From Candidatus Nanoarchaeia archaeon (lineage in GTDB: Archaea > Nanobdellota > Nanobdellia > Woesearchaeales > GW2011-AR4), in NCBI GenBank assembly GCA_035293285.1, contig DATDOM010000093.1:36495-100494 (forward strand): a DNA stretch of 64,000 nt. Reading direction: 5' to 3'. Below the pieces are notes generated by a model. That model had not been told where the DNA came from and ran no database searches. It was given only the letters and a program-made list of their open reading frames with translations. Position numbers and translations under genes: made by a program. Shown piece by piece: positions 28,423 to 37,907 of the stretch (positions within the stretch are counted from its first letter, which is position 1; every line of letters begins with the position of its first letter).

Positions 28423-29268
28423 CTAATTAAAAGATTTTATGTCGATACTCTCAATTTCTTCAATTGCTTTTTTGTATTCTTCGTCATTCGGGGCTTTGCC
28501 GTGGAATTTGTGGTTTAGCTCCATGAATGAAACTCCTTTTCCTTTTATTGTGTTTGAGATTATCATTGTGGGCTTCCCATTTTTAGTTTCGCTGGCAGTA
28601 TCAAGCGCTTTTACAACTTCATCCATGTCGTGGCCGTTTATGCTTATCACATTCCAGCCAAATGACTTCCATTTTGACTCTGCATCGCCTAAGTCCATAA
28701 CGTCAACTGTTTTTCCCGTTTCCTGAACCTGGTTTTTGTCAAGGATTGCTATTAAATTATCAAGCTTGTAAAACGGAGCTGCCATTGATGCCTCCCACAC
28801 AGAGCCTTCCTGTGCCTCTCCATCTCCAATCATCACATAAACTTTCGAACTTTTTTTATCAAGCCTGTTTGCAAGAGCAACACCGACTGAAAAGCAGATT
28901 CCCTGCCCTAGCGAGCCTCCGGCAAACTCAATTCCCGGAGTGTTTAGTTCAGGATGTCCCTGGAGCATTCGGTTGATTTTTCTGAAACCGTCAAGCTCCG
29001 ATTTTGGAAAATATCCCTTGTTTGCCAATACAACATATAATCCCGGGCTTGCGTGGCCCTTGCTCAAAATGAACCTGTCCCTGTTTTCTGACTTCGGATT
29101 TTTCGGGTCTACATTTAATTTATAGAAGTAAAGCGCAGTAAGCATGTCAATTTCGCTTAACGAGCCTCCTGGATGGCCGGACTGGGCCTTGTAAATCACG
29201 TCAATAATCTCTTTTCTAAATGATTTTGCTTTTTCTTTTAATTTGAGTATTAGTTCCCTGTCTGCCAT
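28423..29268 (-). CDS. Transketolase, N-terminal subunit
   Basis: SGHPGGSLS, DRFILSKGHA, LQGHP, GSLGQG, GDGEAQEG. Confidence 0.93.
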   Translation of the reverse strand: MADRELILKLKEKAKSFRKEIIDVIYKAQSGHPGGSLSEIDMLTALYFYKLNVDPKNPKSENRDRFILSKGHASPGLYVVLANKGYFPKSELDGFRKINRMLQGHPELNTPGIEFAGGSLGQGICFSVGVALANRLDKKSSKVYVMIGDGEAQEGSVWEASMAAPFYKLDNLIAILDKNQVQETGKTVDVMDLGDAESKWKSFGWNVISINGHDMDEVVKALDTASETKNGKPTMIISNTIKGKGVSFMELNHKFHGKAPNDEEYKKAIEEIESIDIKSFN

Positions 29269-29315
29269 TGGTTTTGGATGTTTTACTGCTTATTTATACT
29301 TTTTGTTTAGTGCGT

Positions 29316-29482
29316 TGGCAGCGTTCAAAATCTCGCTCTGCTCGGGTTATTGCCAAGCTCGGCTCCTTCATCTCAAATTACGGGCTGACATTGCCCGGAT
29401 GGCGCATCCCCTTTGTCAGCATTCCATCCGTTCAAATTACGGCCTCGCAAAAAGGTAATAACCTACATTTTGAACGCTGCCA
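29316..29482 (+). mobile_element. Family B nested-hairpin element, copy B1 (MITE-like)
   Basis: Perfect 16-bp terminal IR tggcagcgttcaaaat (29316-31/29467-82) flanked by perfect 10-bp DR tttagtgcgt (29306-15/29483-92). Confidence 0.8.
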
Positions 29483-29529
29483 TTTAGTGCGTCATAACCT
29501 TTTTATAGGCAGGGATTTTGATTTATGGA

Positions 29530-30975
29530 ATGGGTGCTACCAGGACAATATACAGGAACACTGCGTTTCTCGGAGCCGCTGAAATCATATCCAAAGGCCT
29601 GCAGTTTCTGATAATGCTTTATGCCGCGAGGCTCCTTAGCAAGGAGAGTTTTGGAAAATTCAATTTTGCCCTTGCAATAACGTTCATTGCAGTAATCCTT
29701 GCAGATTTTGGAATATACACATATCTTGTAAGGGAAATATCAAGAAACAGGAAAAAAGAGGCTGCAAGCAGGTTATTCTGGAATTCATTTTTTGTAAAAG
29801 TTTTCCTTTCACTAATATCCTTTCTGGTAATTTTTGCTTCACTTAACATTTTGGGATACCCAGAAGACACAAAAACAGTTGTATACATTATGTGGGCTTT
29901 CACAATCATACTCACATTTACTGAGCTTTTCTATTCTGTATTCAGGGGATTTGAGATGATGAAATATGACTCCTCAAACAAAATAGTGAAAATGATAGTG
30001 CTTGCGGCAATTTCTGTTTATTTCCTGTCTAACGGCTTTGGCGTTTTTTTCCTTGCAATTTCATTTGTTTTATCCGAACTTGCAGGCCTTGCGGCTGCAG
30101 CTCTCATTGCCTTTAGAAAGCTGATTTCCTTTAAACCTGAAATCAGCACAAAGATTATGGCTAATATCCTTAAGGAGGCAATACCAATAGGATTTTCCAA
30201 TATATTCGGAATGGTTTATTTTTTTATCGGCACGGTGATGCTTTCAAAGATGAAGGGAGACTCTGAAGTTGCAGCATTTAGCGCAGCATACAACATAGTT
30301 CTTGCCCTTATTTTTATACCCACAGTCTATACAAATGCAATTTATCCAGTATTTTCAAGATATAAAAAAACATCAGAGCAATTCAGGACTTTATACGAAA
30401 AGTCGTTCAAATACCTCTACATGGCAGGCCTGCCCATCTCTGCAGGAATTTTTCTGCTTTCTGACAGGATAATCTATCTTCTTTACAAAAGCAGCTATGA
30501 ATCGTCAATACCAATACTAAAAATCATCTCCTTTTTCATTGTACTTAAATTTTTGAATTTTCTGCTTGGGACAATACTAGTGTCCCTTGACAACCAGTAC
30601 AAGAGGATGCTTGGGCAGGGGCTGACTGCGGTGCTTAACATAATACTTAACCTGATTTTCATCCCAAAATACGGATTCATAGGGGTTGCATATGCCACAA
30701 TAATCACAGAGGTTTTCCTTTTCGTGGTATACTACTATTATGTATGCAAAAACCTCTACTTTTACAATTTTTTCAAAATATTGATAAAGCCGGCACTTGC
30801 CTGCATCGTAATGGCGCTTGCAATGAAATTCATGCCTTTTGGGCTTGTTCTTACAATAATACTCTCAGCCATGGTATATCTTGCATCAATAACACTGCTA
30901 AAAACTTTTGACAAAAGGGATTTTCAGCTAATATCAGACATATTCAAAAATGACAAGCTACAGAATAATAAGTGA
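29530..30975 (+). CDS. Wzx-type polysaccharide flippase
   Basis: Multi-TM; ARLL..E.FG.F, DFGI..YLVREI, NIILNLIFIPKYG.IG.A.AT. Confidence 0.9.
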   Translation: MGATRTIYRNTAFLGAAEIISKGLQFLIMLYAARLLSKESFGKFNFALAITFIAVILADFGIYTYLVREISRNRKKEAASRLFWNSFFVKVFLSLISFLVIFASLNILGYPEDTKTVVYIMWAFTIILTFTELFYSVFRGFEMMKYDSSNKIVKMIVLAAISVYFLSNGFGVFFLAISFVLSELAGLAAAALIAFRKLISFKPEISTKIMANILKEAIPIGFSNIFGMVYFFIGTVMLSKMKGDSEVAAFSAAYNIVLALIFIPTVYTNAIYPVFSRYKKTSEQFRTLYEKSFKYLYMAGLPISAGIFLLSDRIIYLLYKSSYESSIPILKIISFFIVLKFLNFLLGTILVSLDNQYKRMLGQGLTAVLNIILNLIFIPKYGFIGVAYATIITEVFLFVVYYYYVCKNLYFYNFFKILIKPALACIVMALAMKFMPFGLVLTIILSAMVYLASITLLKTFDKRDFQLISDIFKNDKLQNNK

Positions 30976-32257
30976 TTTTTATCTTGATGATGACGACTTA
31001 AATCACGTCAAGGACCTGCTTCCTGAGAGTTACATTGCCTCAAAAGATGCACTGATTGATGACCATTTTCTTGTCAGGAGCCTGCAAAACCTGCTTAACG
31101 AGACGCTTAATTCCTACCTTAACGGAGGATTTTCAAATGCCGGCTATGTTTTTTATCCCCTAATCAAGGGCACTTCAAAAAGCAACAGGGAGAACTTAAA
31201 AAGCCTCAAAACGATAACTGAGCTTCTTTCAAAAGAAGGACATGACTTTTCCAAATCAATTTCAATGTTAAAAAAAGGCAATAGCGAAGGGCTTATTGCG
31301 GAAATACTCTCTTCTTCATACACGGAATTCAAAGAAGCGCTTAAAAAAATACAGGTTAAGACAAAACCTTCTATGAAAGAAAAATGCAGGGAGCTTGACT
31401 TGTCAGCTTACAATGAAAAAGATTTTTCCTACATAAGGCCGCTTTCAGAAATCAAGGATTATTCTGATGAAAAGCTAAGGCCATACCTTCTGGGATTTTA
31501 CCTTCACGGCAGCCTTGCAACAAGGGACTACATAAAGGGATGGTCTGATGCTGATACCCTTGCAATAGTCTCAAAAGAATCAACTGAAGACCCGCATTCA
31601 CTCAAAGAACTCAGGAAAAACATCTATCTGTTGAGAAAATACTTTTACAAAATTGATCCCTTGCAGCATCACGGCAGCATAATAATAAGCGAGCACGACA
31701 TGGAAAGCTACTGCCAGGCTTACTTTCCGGTTCCTGCCCTCAACTATGCAGTCTCATTTTTTGATTCTGACAAAAAAATGCAGTTTAATGCACGCGAATA
31801 CAGAAGCGAGGCGCTAAAAGACCTGTTCTGGTTTGTGAGCTATTTCAGAAAATTAAAATCAATGGAGCTGTACAAATTAAGCAGCTACGATACAAAAGTT
31901 CTTTTGCACAGCATAACTCTTTTTCCTTCGCTTTATCTTCAGTCAAAAGGAATACTCATGTACAAAAAATTCTCATTTGAAATGGCAAGAAAGGACTTTG
32001 GAAGTGAAGAATGGAAGATAATTGAGAATATCAGCGGACTGAGGAGCAAGTGGAAAGCCAAATCATTTACAAACTTTGCATTCCCTGTTTCACTTTTCAA
32101 CCCACTTCTTTCACACCAAATCAGCTCAAGGGCAAACGACATTTTCGGAACAATTGCCTCAGCAAACAGGATAGACATCAAAAAAACAGTTGAGGAAATG
32201 CACTCACTTTCTGAAAAAGCCTGGCAGAATGCAAAGGACAATGACAAAAACAAGTGA
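30950..32257 (+). CDS. Pol-beta-superfamily nucleotidyltransferase-domain protein
   Basis: LHGSLATRDYIKGWSDAD (GS...DxD). Confidence 0.7.
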   Translation: MTSYRIISDFYLDDDDLNHVKDLLPESYIASKDALIDDHFLVRSLQNLLNETLNSYLNGGFSNAGYVFYPLIKGTSKSNRENLKSLKTITELLSKEGHDFSKSISMLKKGNSEGLIAEILSSSYTEFKEALKKIQVKTKPSMKEKCRELDLSAYNEKDFSYIRPLSEIKDYSDEKLRPYLLGFYLHGSLATRDYIKGWSDADTLAIVSKESTEDPHSLKELRKNIYLLRKYFYKIDPLQHHGSIIISEHDMESYCQAYFPVPALNYAVSFFDSDKKMQFNAREYRSEALKDLFWFVSYFRKLKSMELYKLSSYDTKVLLHSITLFPSLYLQSKGILMYKKFSFEMARKDFGSEEWKIIENISGLRSKWKAKSFTNFAFPVSLFNPLLSHQISSRANDIFGTIASANRIDIKKTVEEMHSLSEKAWQNAKDNDKNK

Positions 32258-33359
32258 ATACAGGTTTTTCAACTTGCCGAGGAAATATACTGATGAGGAC
32301 TATGAAACTGCGTTAAATAAAATTACCACTAGTTATTCCAAAATAAATAACGTCCTGGCAATTTACAGCTTTGCAGGAAAGTTTGTTCCTGGAATTTCTG
32401 ACATGGATTTGATATTTGTTCACAAAAAAAATCCGAAAAAGCTTCCACTATTAAAGCGCGGATTTTATTTTCTTGACAAAAAGACAAGATACCTTGCAAG
32501 GCACCCGTTTTTCCACATTTACGAGGATGACTTTGAAAAGCTAAACTACATCTATCCAAAATCACAGTATGAAAAGCTTTTTGGAAAAGAGCTTAAAATC
32601 CGGAACATAAGCGCTAGTGAAGAGAACCTTGTGAGAATCTCGCTTTTCAATGACATTATAATAAGGCACTATCCAAGGGACTTTTTGCAGCAGCACATAA
32701 AAAAAAAGATTAATGTGCGAGACACGCTTTTAAGGCTTAATTCGCTGAAGTACAGTGCAAAATTCATTACAGAAATAACAAAGACAAGAATATCAGGAAT
32801 TGAAAGCCTGCTTAAGAGGGTTGGCGGGCTCAGGGAAAACTGGTTTGAACTTGAGGACTATGAGGAACTTGCCGACTTGCACGAAAGCGCGCTTAATATT
32901 ACCATGGAATTCATAAGGGTCTTTGATGAATTTTTACTTTCAGAAGAGCTTGTTAATATCGAGAGTGAAGAAAGCATTAACTATCTTGGCCAAAAAAACC
33001 AGTCGGAATTCTGCAAAGACTGGGAATCAAACAAATCCCTGAAGGAAATGGGGGCTCTTGCAAGGAATGGAAAACTTACTTCGATTCTTCCATTGTCGCT
33101 TGCACCGCAGATTATCGGCTACTCCAGAAACAAAGGATTAATCAGCAGCTATATTAAAAAAAATCTTGAGGGTGAAATCAATTACAAAAGCAAATTAACA
33201 GAAATTGCCGCAAAAAGGATATCTATTCTAAATGGGCAGGCAGAACTTGCACAAAGAACTTTACACTCCGATTTTGCGGCTTTCTTTGACTTTGGATACA
33301 GCAGCAATTTCGGGGTAAACAACAGGACGATAAACCTGATAAAGGGCATAACCCGCTGA
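32241..33359 (+). CDS. Nucleotidyltransferase-like hypothetical protein
   Basis: LAIYSFAG...[11 protein letters not shown]; probable start at 32241. Confidence 0.6.
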   Translation: MTKTSEYRFFNLPRKYTDEDYETALNKITTSYSKINNVLAIYSFAGKFVPGISDMDLIFVHKKNPKKLPLLKRGFYFLDKKTRYLARHPFFHIYEDDFEKLNYIYPKSQYEKLFGKELKIRNISASEENLVRISLFNDIIIRHYPRDFLQQHIKKKINVRDTLLRLNSLKYSAKFITEITKTRISGIESLLKRVGGLRENWFELEDYEELADLHESALNITMEFIRVFDEFLLSEELVNIESEESINYLGQKNQSEFCKDWESNKSLKEMGALARNGKLTSILPLSLAPQIIGYSRNKGLISSYIKKNLEGEINYKSKLTEIAAKRISILNGQAELAQRTLHSDFAAFFDFGYSSNFGVNNRTINLIKGITR

Positions 33360-33403
33360 CGCATTATCCATATATTTTTAAACATAAATATATTTTTTTG
33401 CCC

Positions 33404-34102
33404 ATGCAAAAACTTTCAATAATAATACCAGTTTACAACGAGAAAAAAAGCATTCTGCAAGTAATAGAAAAAGTGTCAAGGGAAAAAATACCAAATACTT
33501 TTAAGGAAATAATAGTTGTTGATGATTTCTCCACTGACGGCACAAGAGAACTACTTCAAAAACTAAAAAGAGATTCCGTGAAAGTTTGCTTTCACAAAAA
33601 AAACATGGGGAAGGGAGCTGCTATAAGGACCGGCATTTCAGAATCATCCGGCGACATACTTATCATACAGGATGCAGACCTGGAATACGACCCAAAGGAA
33701 TACCCTAAGCTCCTAAAGCCGATTTTTGAGGAAAAAGCGCTTGTTGTCTACGGCTCACGGCTTAAATCCATCAAAAGCAATATTGAGCGCATGTACAAGC
33801 TGCATTACTTTGGAAATTATTTTCTTACATTCCTGACAAATATCCTTTATGGCTCAAAAATCACTGATATGGAAACTGGATACAAGGTTTTCAAAAAAGA
33901 AATCCTGAAAAACATCAGCCTGAAAGCAAACAGATTTGAGTTTGAGCCGGAAATTACCGCAAAAATCCTCAAAAGCGGCCATAAAATACACGAAGTTGCT
34001 ATAGGCTTTAACGCAAGAAAGTTTGAAGAAGGGAAAAAAATAACCTGGCTTGACGGAATTGCAGCAGCATATTACCTTCTGAAATATAGGATATTTGACT
34101 GA
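33404..34102 (+). CDS. GT2 glycosyltransferase (DPM synthase-like)
   Basis: [25 protein letters not shown]. Confidence 0.9.
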   Translation: MQKLSIIIPVYNEKKSILQVIEKVSREKIPNTFKEIIVVDDFSTDGTRELLQKLKRDSVKVCFHKKNMGKGAAIRTGISESSGDILIIQDADLEYDPKEYPKLLKPIFEEKALVVYGSRLKSIKSNIERMYKLHYFGNYFLTFLTNILYGSKITDMETGYKVFKKEILKNISLKANRFEFEPEITAKILKSGHKIHEVAIGFNARKFEEGKKITWLDGIAAAYYLLKYRIFD

Positions 34103-36646
34103 TTAATCATATTCTTTGCTTTTTTCAAATTCTTTTGCAAAATAGAAAAGAGCAGCTATGAAAAAAAAGTGTGCAAAAAGAGACGCATAGCCGAATACTT
34201 TTTCCTTTGCAAGCACAACATACTTTAGAGTTATCTCACTTCCCTTTATTGTCTTAATCAGCACTTTTTCGTGAAGCGTTGATAATACAGGCACTTCCTT
34301 TCCGTCCATATATGCCTTCCATCTTGGGAAATAATGCTCCTTAAATACGACATAATCATTTTCATCAAAATCTCCAAGAATCCTCACTTCAGAAAAAGAA
34401 ACCCTTTCAAAATTAAGGCCCTGCGGGAATTTTGGGTTCTGAACATAGTCAATTTTTTCATTAAAATCATAATGTGGGCTGACAGAAATGAACCTATAAG
34501 CATCTTTTTCCTTGTAAATTTCTTCACTGAGATTTTTCACAAGGTCGACTTTTTCGGCATAGTTTGTATTATTGACAACCAAAAACAAAAAGCAGCCGTT
34601 CTGATAAATTGGATAAGTGTAGTTTGGATAAAGAACGGAAACCACATAATTCCCAATTGGATGGCAGCCGTTGATGAACAAATACTTGTAACCTCCCATT
34701 ATGAGGTAATTTGACAATTCCGTTCCTGACTTTGTCATGACTATATCAGGCTCGCCAAATGAATTCTGGCCGTGCACGCGCTCAAAAATTCTCCTTTCAA
34801 TATTCATCAGGTCACGCTCATCACGCGAGAAATATTTTCCCGTGAGATAATTTCCTCCAAAGTCTATTGCGTTGTTAAAAACCCCGTAATCCATAATCCT
34901 CGCATCAGCCGGCAGCGCCCTTATCAAATCAAGCTCCTGCTTATAGATATCTCCTCCGGCAAAAGCCTCTTCGTGTATTGCCCTTATGGTCTTTTGGGAA
35001 TAAGGCAAATAATACAAAAACAATGCGAATGCGAGCGCAATAAAAGCGTATTTTGCCTTTTTATTATTCCATCTTGAAACAAAAACCGCTATAGACGCCC
35101 CTGCGAGTATCAGGAGCATCTGGATATTTGTCCTGAAAAACCCGCCGACAGATGCAGTGATTTTTGAATAAAAAAGCCCGGAAACTGCAAGCGCAATAAC
35201 AAATCCAAGCAAAAGCGCCCGGAATTTCTTCACATCTTCTGACTTGTAAGAAACAACAAGCATTAAAACTGACAGCGCTCCTAAAATAGTGAAGAAAAAT
35301 CCCACCCTGTGGTCATCTATCCTCTGTATTTCAGGAATCTTCAGGGAAAATATTGCTGCCATGTCGCTTTTTATTGCGGAAAATGTCGAAATAAAATCAG
35401 TCTTCATGCTTTGCGGAGTTATCTTTATTGTAGTTGCCTTCAAAAAATCCTTGTAAATCAATCCTGCAGACAGGTAATAAAGAGGCATGATGAAAACGAC
35501 CAAAAACACTGCCAATATTACAATCTTTTTTTTCAGCGGGATATTCAAAACAGATTTTAGCTCAGACCTGTCCTTAATCCAATAAAATTTTGTGAGCAAG
35601 AGGGCACAAAAACCTATTACAATTATGCCGCTTCCGTAAGGAAGGTGCGTTGTCGTAAAAATCATGGCTATATATCCAAGAACCATAAAATCAAGAAGTT
35701 TTCTTGGATTGTCAAGAATTATAAGCAGGAAAAGATATGCTATTGGATAGATGTAATATGCCTTATAGCTTTCAAGCCCCTTTAAAAAATAAAAATTGAG
35801 CCCTGTCATCAGAGCTATTGCTATTACAAGAAAGAAATTTTCATTAAGCTCATAGTTTTTGACGATAGACCCAAAAAGCAGCCCGAGGCCAAGAACAGAC
35901 AAAAAGAGCGTAAACACCATCTGGGCGTTAAAAAATAGTATGTTGGTTTTTGTATTGTTAAGGTATGCAACAAGCGCGGCGCCTACTTTAAATGAAGGAG
36001 TGTTCCAAAGATAAGTGGATTCGCCGTCAGCAATGCCTGGATTGTAAATCGGCACCATGCCTTCATTTCTGAGGCCTTCAAGGGCAACGTTTACCCTTGA
36101 GAATATCCTTATGCCGTTAACCATAAAGAGGCTCTTGTTGTCAATAATGCTTACTGCAACCAGGGACGTGAACATCAGGATAATTACAAAGAAAATAGCC
36201 TCCCTGTTTTTTACCTCAAAAAATGAAACTGCTTTTTTCTTCAGAAAAACTGCGGCAACAACCGGCATGAAGTAGCATATCGCCAAAATCAGCGGATAAT
36301 TGAGAGATACCTGAGTATAAGTTGTAATCAGGTACACAAGATTTACAGGAATGAAGAAAAGCGCAAATGCAAGGATGTAATTTTTTGCAAAGCTCCTTTT
36401 TGAAATCAGGAAACCAAAAACACAGAATGGAAGAAACACGAGAAAAATACCGAGCATCTGGGGTATATAAGAAAATGCGCTGATAATATATACTAAGTTT
36501 TTAGTTCCTTCGTTCATCCTCGAAAAATAATCCACTAATACGGCAATTCCCAGTGCAAGGACGGCAATATAATTGAAATGTTTTGTTACAATTCCGAGAG
36601 AAACAAAAAAAACAGCTATTAGCAGCGGCAATGCCCTGATTTTCAT
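34103..36646 (-). CDS. Large multi-TM membrane protein (GT-C/YfhO-like)
   Basis: Many TM helices; C-terminal EHYFPRWKAYMDGKEV resembles the YfhO tail. Confidence 0.6.
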   Translation of the reverse strand: MKIRALPLLIAVFFVSLGIVTKHFNYIAVLALGIAVLVDYFSRMNEGTKNLVYIISAFSYIPQMLGIFLVFLPFCVFGFLISKRSFAKNYILAFALFFIPVNLVYLITTYTQVSLNYPLILAICYFMPVVAAVFLKKKAVSFFEVKNREAIFFVIILMFTSLVAVSIIDNKSLFMVNGIRIFSRVNVALEGLRNEGMVPIYNPGIADGESTYLWNTPSFKVGAALVAYLNNTKTNILFFNAQMVFTLFLSVLGLGLLFGSIVKNYELNENFFLVIAIALMTGLNFYFLKGLESYKAYYIYPIAYLFLLIILDNPRKLLDFMVLGYIAMIFTTTHLPYGSGIIVIGFCALLLTKFYWIKDRSELKSVLNIPLKKKIVILAVFLVVFIMPLYYLSAGLIYKDFLKATTIKITPQSMKTDFISTFSAIKSDMAAIFSLKIPEIQRIDDHRVGFFFTILGALSVLMLVVSYKSEDVKKFRALLLGFVIALAVSGLFYSKITASVGGFFRTNIQMLLILAGASIAVFVSRWNNKKAKYAFIALAFALFLYYLPYSQKTIRAIHEEAFAGGDIYKQELDLIRALPADARIMDYGVFNNAIDFGGNYLTGKYFSRDERDLMNIERRIFERVHGQNSFGEPDIVMTKSGTELSNYLIMGGYKYLFINGCHPIGNYVVSVLYPNYTYPIYQNGCFLFLVVNNTNYAEKVDLVKNLSEEIYKEKDAYRFISVSPHYDFNEKIDYVQNPKFPQGLNFERVSFSEVRILGDFDENDYVVFKEHYFPRWKAYMDGKEVPVLSTLHEKVLIKTIKGSEITLKYVVLAKEKVFGYASLFAHFFFIAALFYFAKEFEKSKEYD

Positions 36647-37332
36647 CTTGACCTGCCTTTTTTTGAGAACCTTTCTGCAAATATTTTCCTTGTTATCAAA
36701 AACCCGTCGGAAATCTTGACTTTTGACTTGCCGCGCCCGTCGTCTTTTGACCTGTCATTGTACGGGAGCATTATCTCTTTTATCCTGTAATTATTTTTGA
36801 GCGCAATGATTATGGTCTCAACTGTTGAATCCGCGCCCGAGCCTTTTATCTTTTTTTCATAGCTCTCTATCTTAAACAGCTTCATTCCTGAATTGACATC
36901 CCTAATCCACGTGAAATAGAGGATATTGACAAGCATTGTATGAAACAAATTTGGAAAGCGGTTTACGAAATTTATGTCGCCAAGCCTTCTGCCGCCGTTG
37001 ACAAGGTCATAGCCTTTTTTTGCACTGTTGAAAAGCGTCCTGATGCCGTTTATCGAGTAAGTCCTGTCACAGTCAATGACTAGCATGTGGGTGTGGCCCC
37101 TTTTTCTTGCATTTATCAGCGATTCCTTCAGGCCTTCCCCATAGCCGTGCTTTTTCCTTAAGAAAACGTCAACTCCAAGCGATTTTGCAATTTCCCTTGT
37201 CTTGTCTGGAGAATGGTCGTCGCTTACTATAATGTCGAAGTCATATTTCTGCCGTATTTCTTTAATCATGTACCTGATATTCTGCTCCTCATTTCTTGTC
37301 GGCAGCAAAACACAGAGGCTTATGCCCTTCAT
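36643..37332 (-). CDS. GT2 glycosyltransferase
   Basis: LPTRNEE, DDHSPDKT, GYG, IDCDRTY. Confidence 0.85.
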   Translation of the reverse strand: MKGISLCVLLPTRNEEQNIRYMIKEIRQKYDFDIIVSDDHSPDKTREIAKSLGVDVFLRKKHGYGEGLKESLINARKRGHTHMLVIDCDRTYSINGIRTLFNSAKKGYDLVNGGRRLGDINFVNRFPNLFHTMLVNILYFTWIRDVNSGMKLFKIESYEKKIKGSGADSTVETIIIALKNNYRIKEIMLPYNDRSKDDGRGKSKVKISDGFLITRKIFAERFSKKGRSR

Positions 37333-37859
37333 TTATTCAGTTCCTCGTATTTTTTTAGTGTCTCTTTCATGAAATCCCCGAGGTGCTTGTAGTGCGGTGA
37401 TGTTATGATGTTTTTGTCAACAACTGCAGGGCCGTCCACATAAGTTGCGCCGGCATTGTTAATGTCGTCCTTGATGCTGTAATACCCTGAAATTTTTCTT
37501 CCCTTGACAACTTTGGCTGAAATCAGGAGCTGCGAGCCGTGGCAGACTGACGCTATCACTTTTCCGGCCTTGTTAAAATCAGCGATGAAATCAAGCACTT
37601 CCTTGTCCTGCCTGATATATTCAAGTGCCTTTGCGCCGCCAGGAATCATCAATAAGTCATAGTCTTTTTCCTTTATGCCTGCAATGTCGCGCGTCGGGAC
37701 TATTTTTGTCCCTAAATCTCCCTGTACAGTCTCCATTCCCCTTATTGCAACGTCAACCTTAAACCCAGCTTCCTGAAGCCTGTAAAACGGGTAAATAAAT
37801 TCGTGGTCCTGCACCCTTTTTCCTGTAATTATCAATGCCTTTTTCATTTTATCCTCCAA
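37329..37859 (-). CDS. DJ-1/PfpI family protein
   Basis: E..YP.YRL.EAG, IPGG, SVCHG. Confidence 0.88.
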   Translation of the reverse strand: MEDKMKKALIITGKRVQDHEFIYPFYRLQEAGFKVDVAIRGMETVQGDLGTKIVPTRDIAGIKEKDYDLLMIPGGAKALEYIRQDKEVLDFIADFNKAGKVIASVCHGSQLLISAKVVKGRKISGYYSIKDDINNAGATYVDGPAVVDKNIITSPHYKHLGDFMKETLKKYEELNK

Positions 37860-37907
37860 ATTATTTTTAGATTTTTTATTTCAACTTTAATTTAATAGTT
37901 TTAATTT

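Noticed and set aside
29243..29582. Short ORFs over family B copies (also 45383-45619, 49556-49954, 62224-62439)
   Set aside because: Reading frames are not conserved between copies while base pairing is
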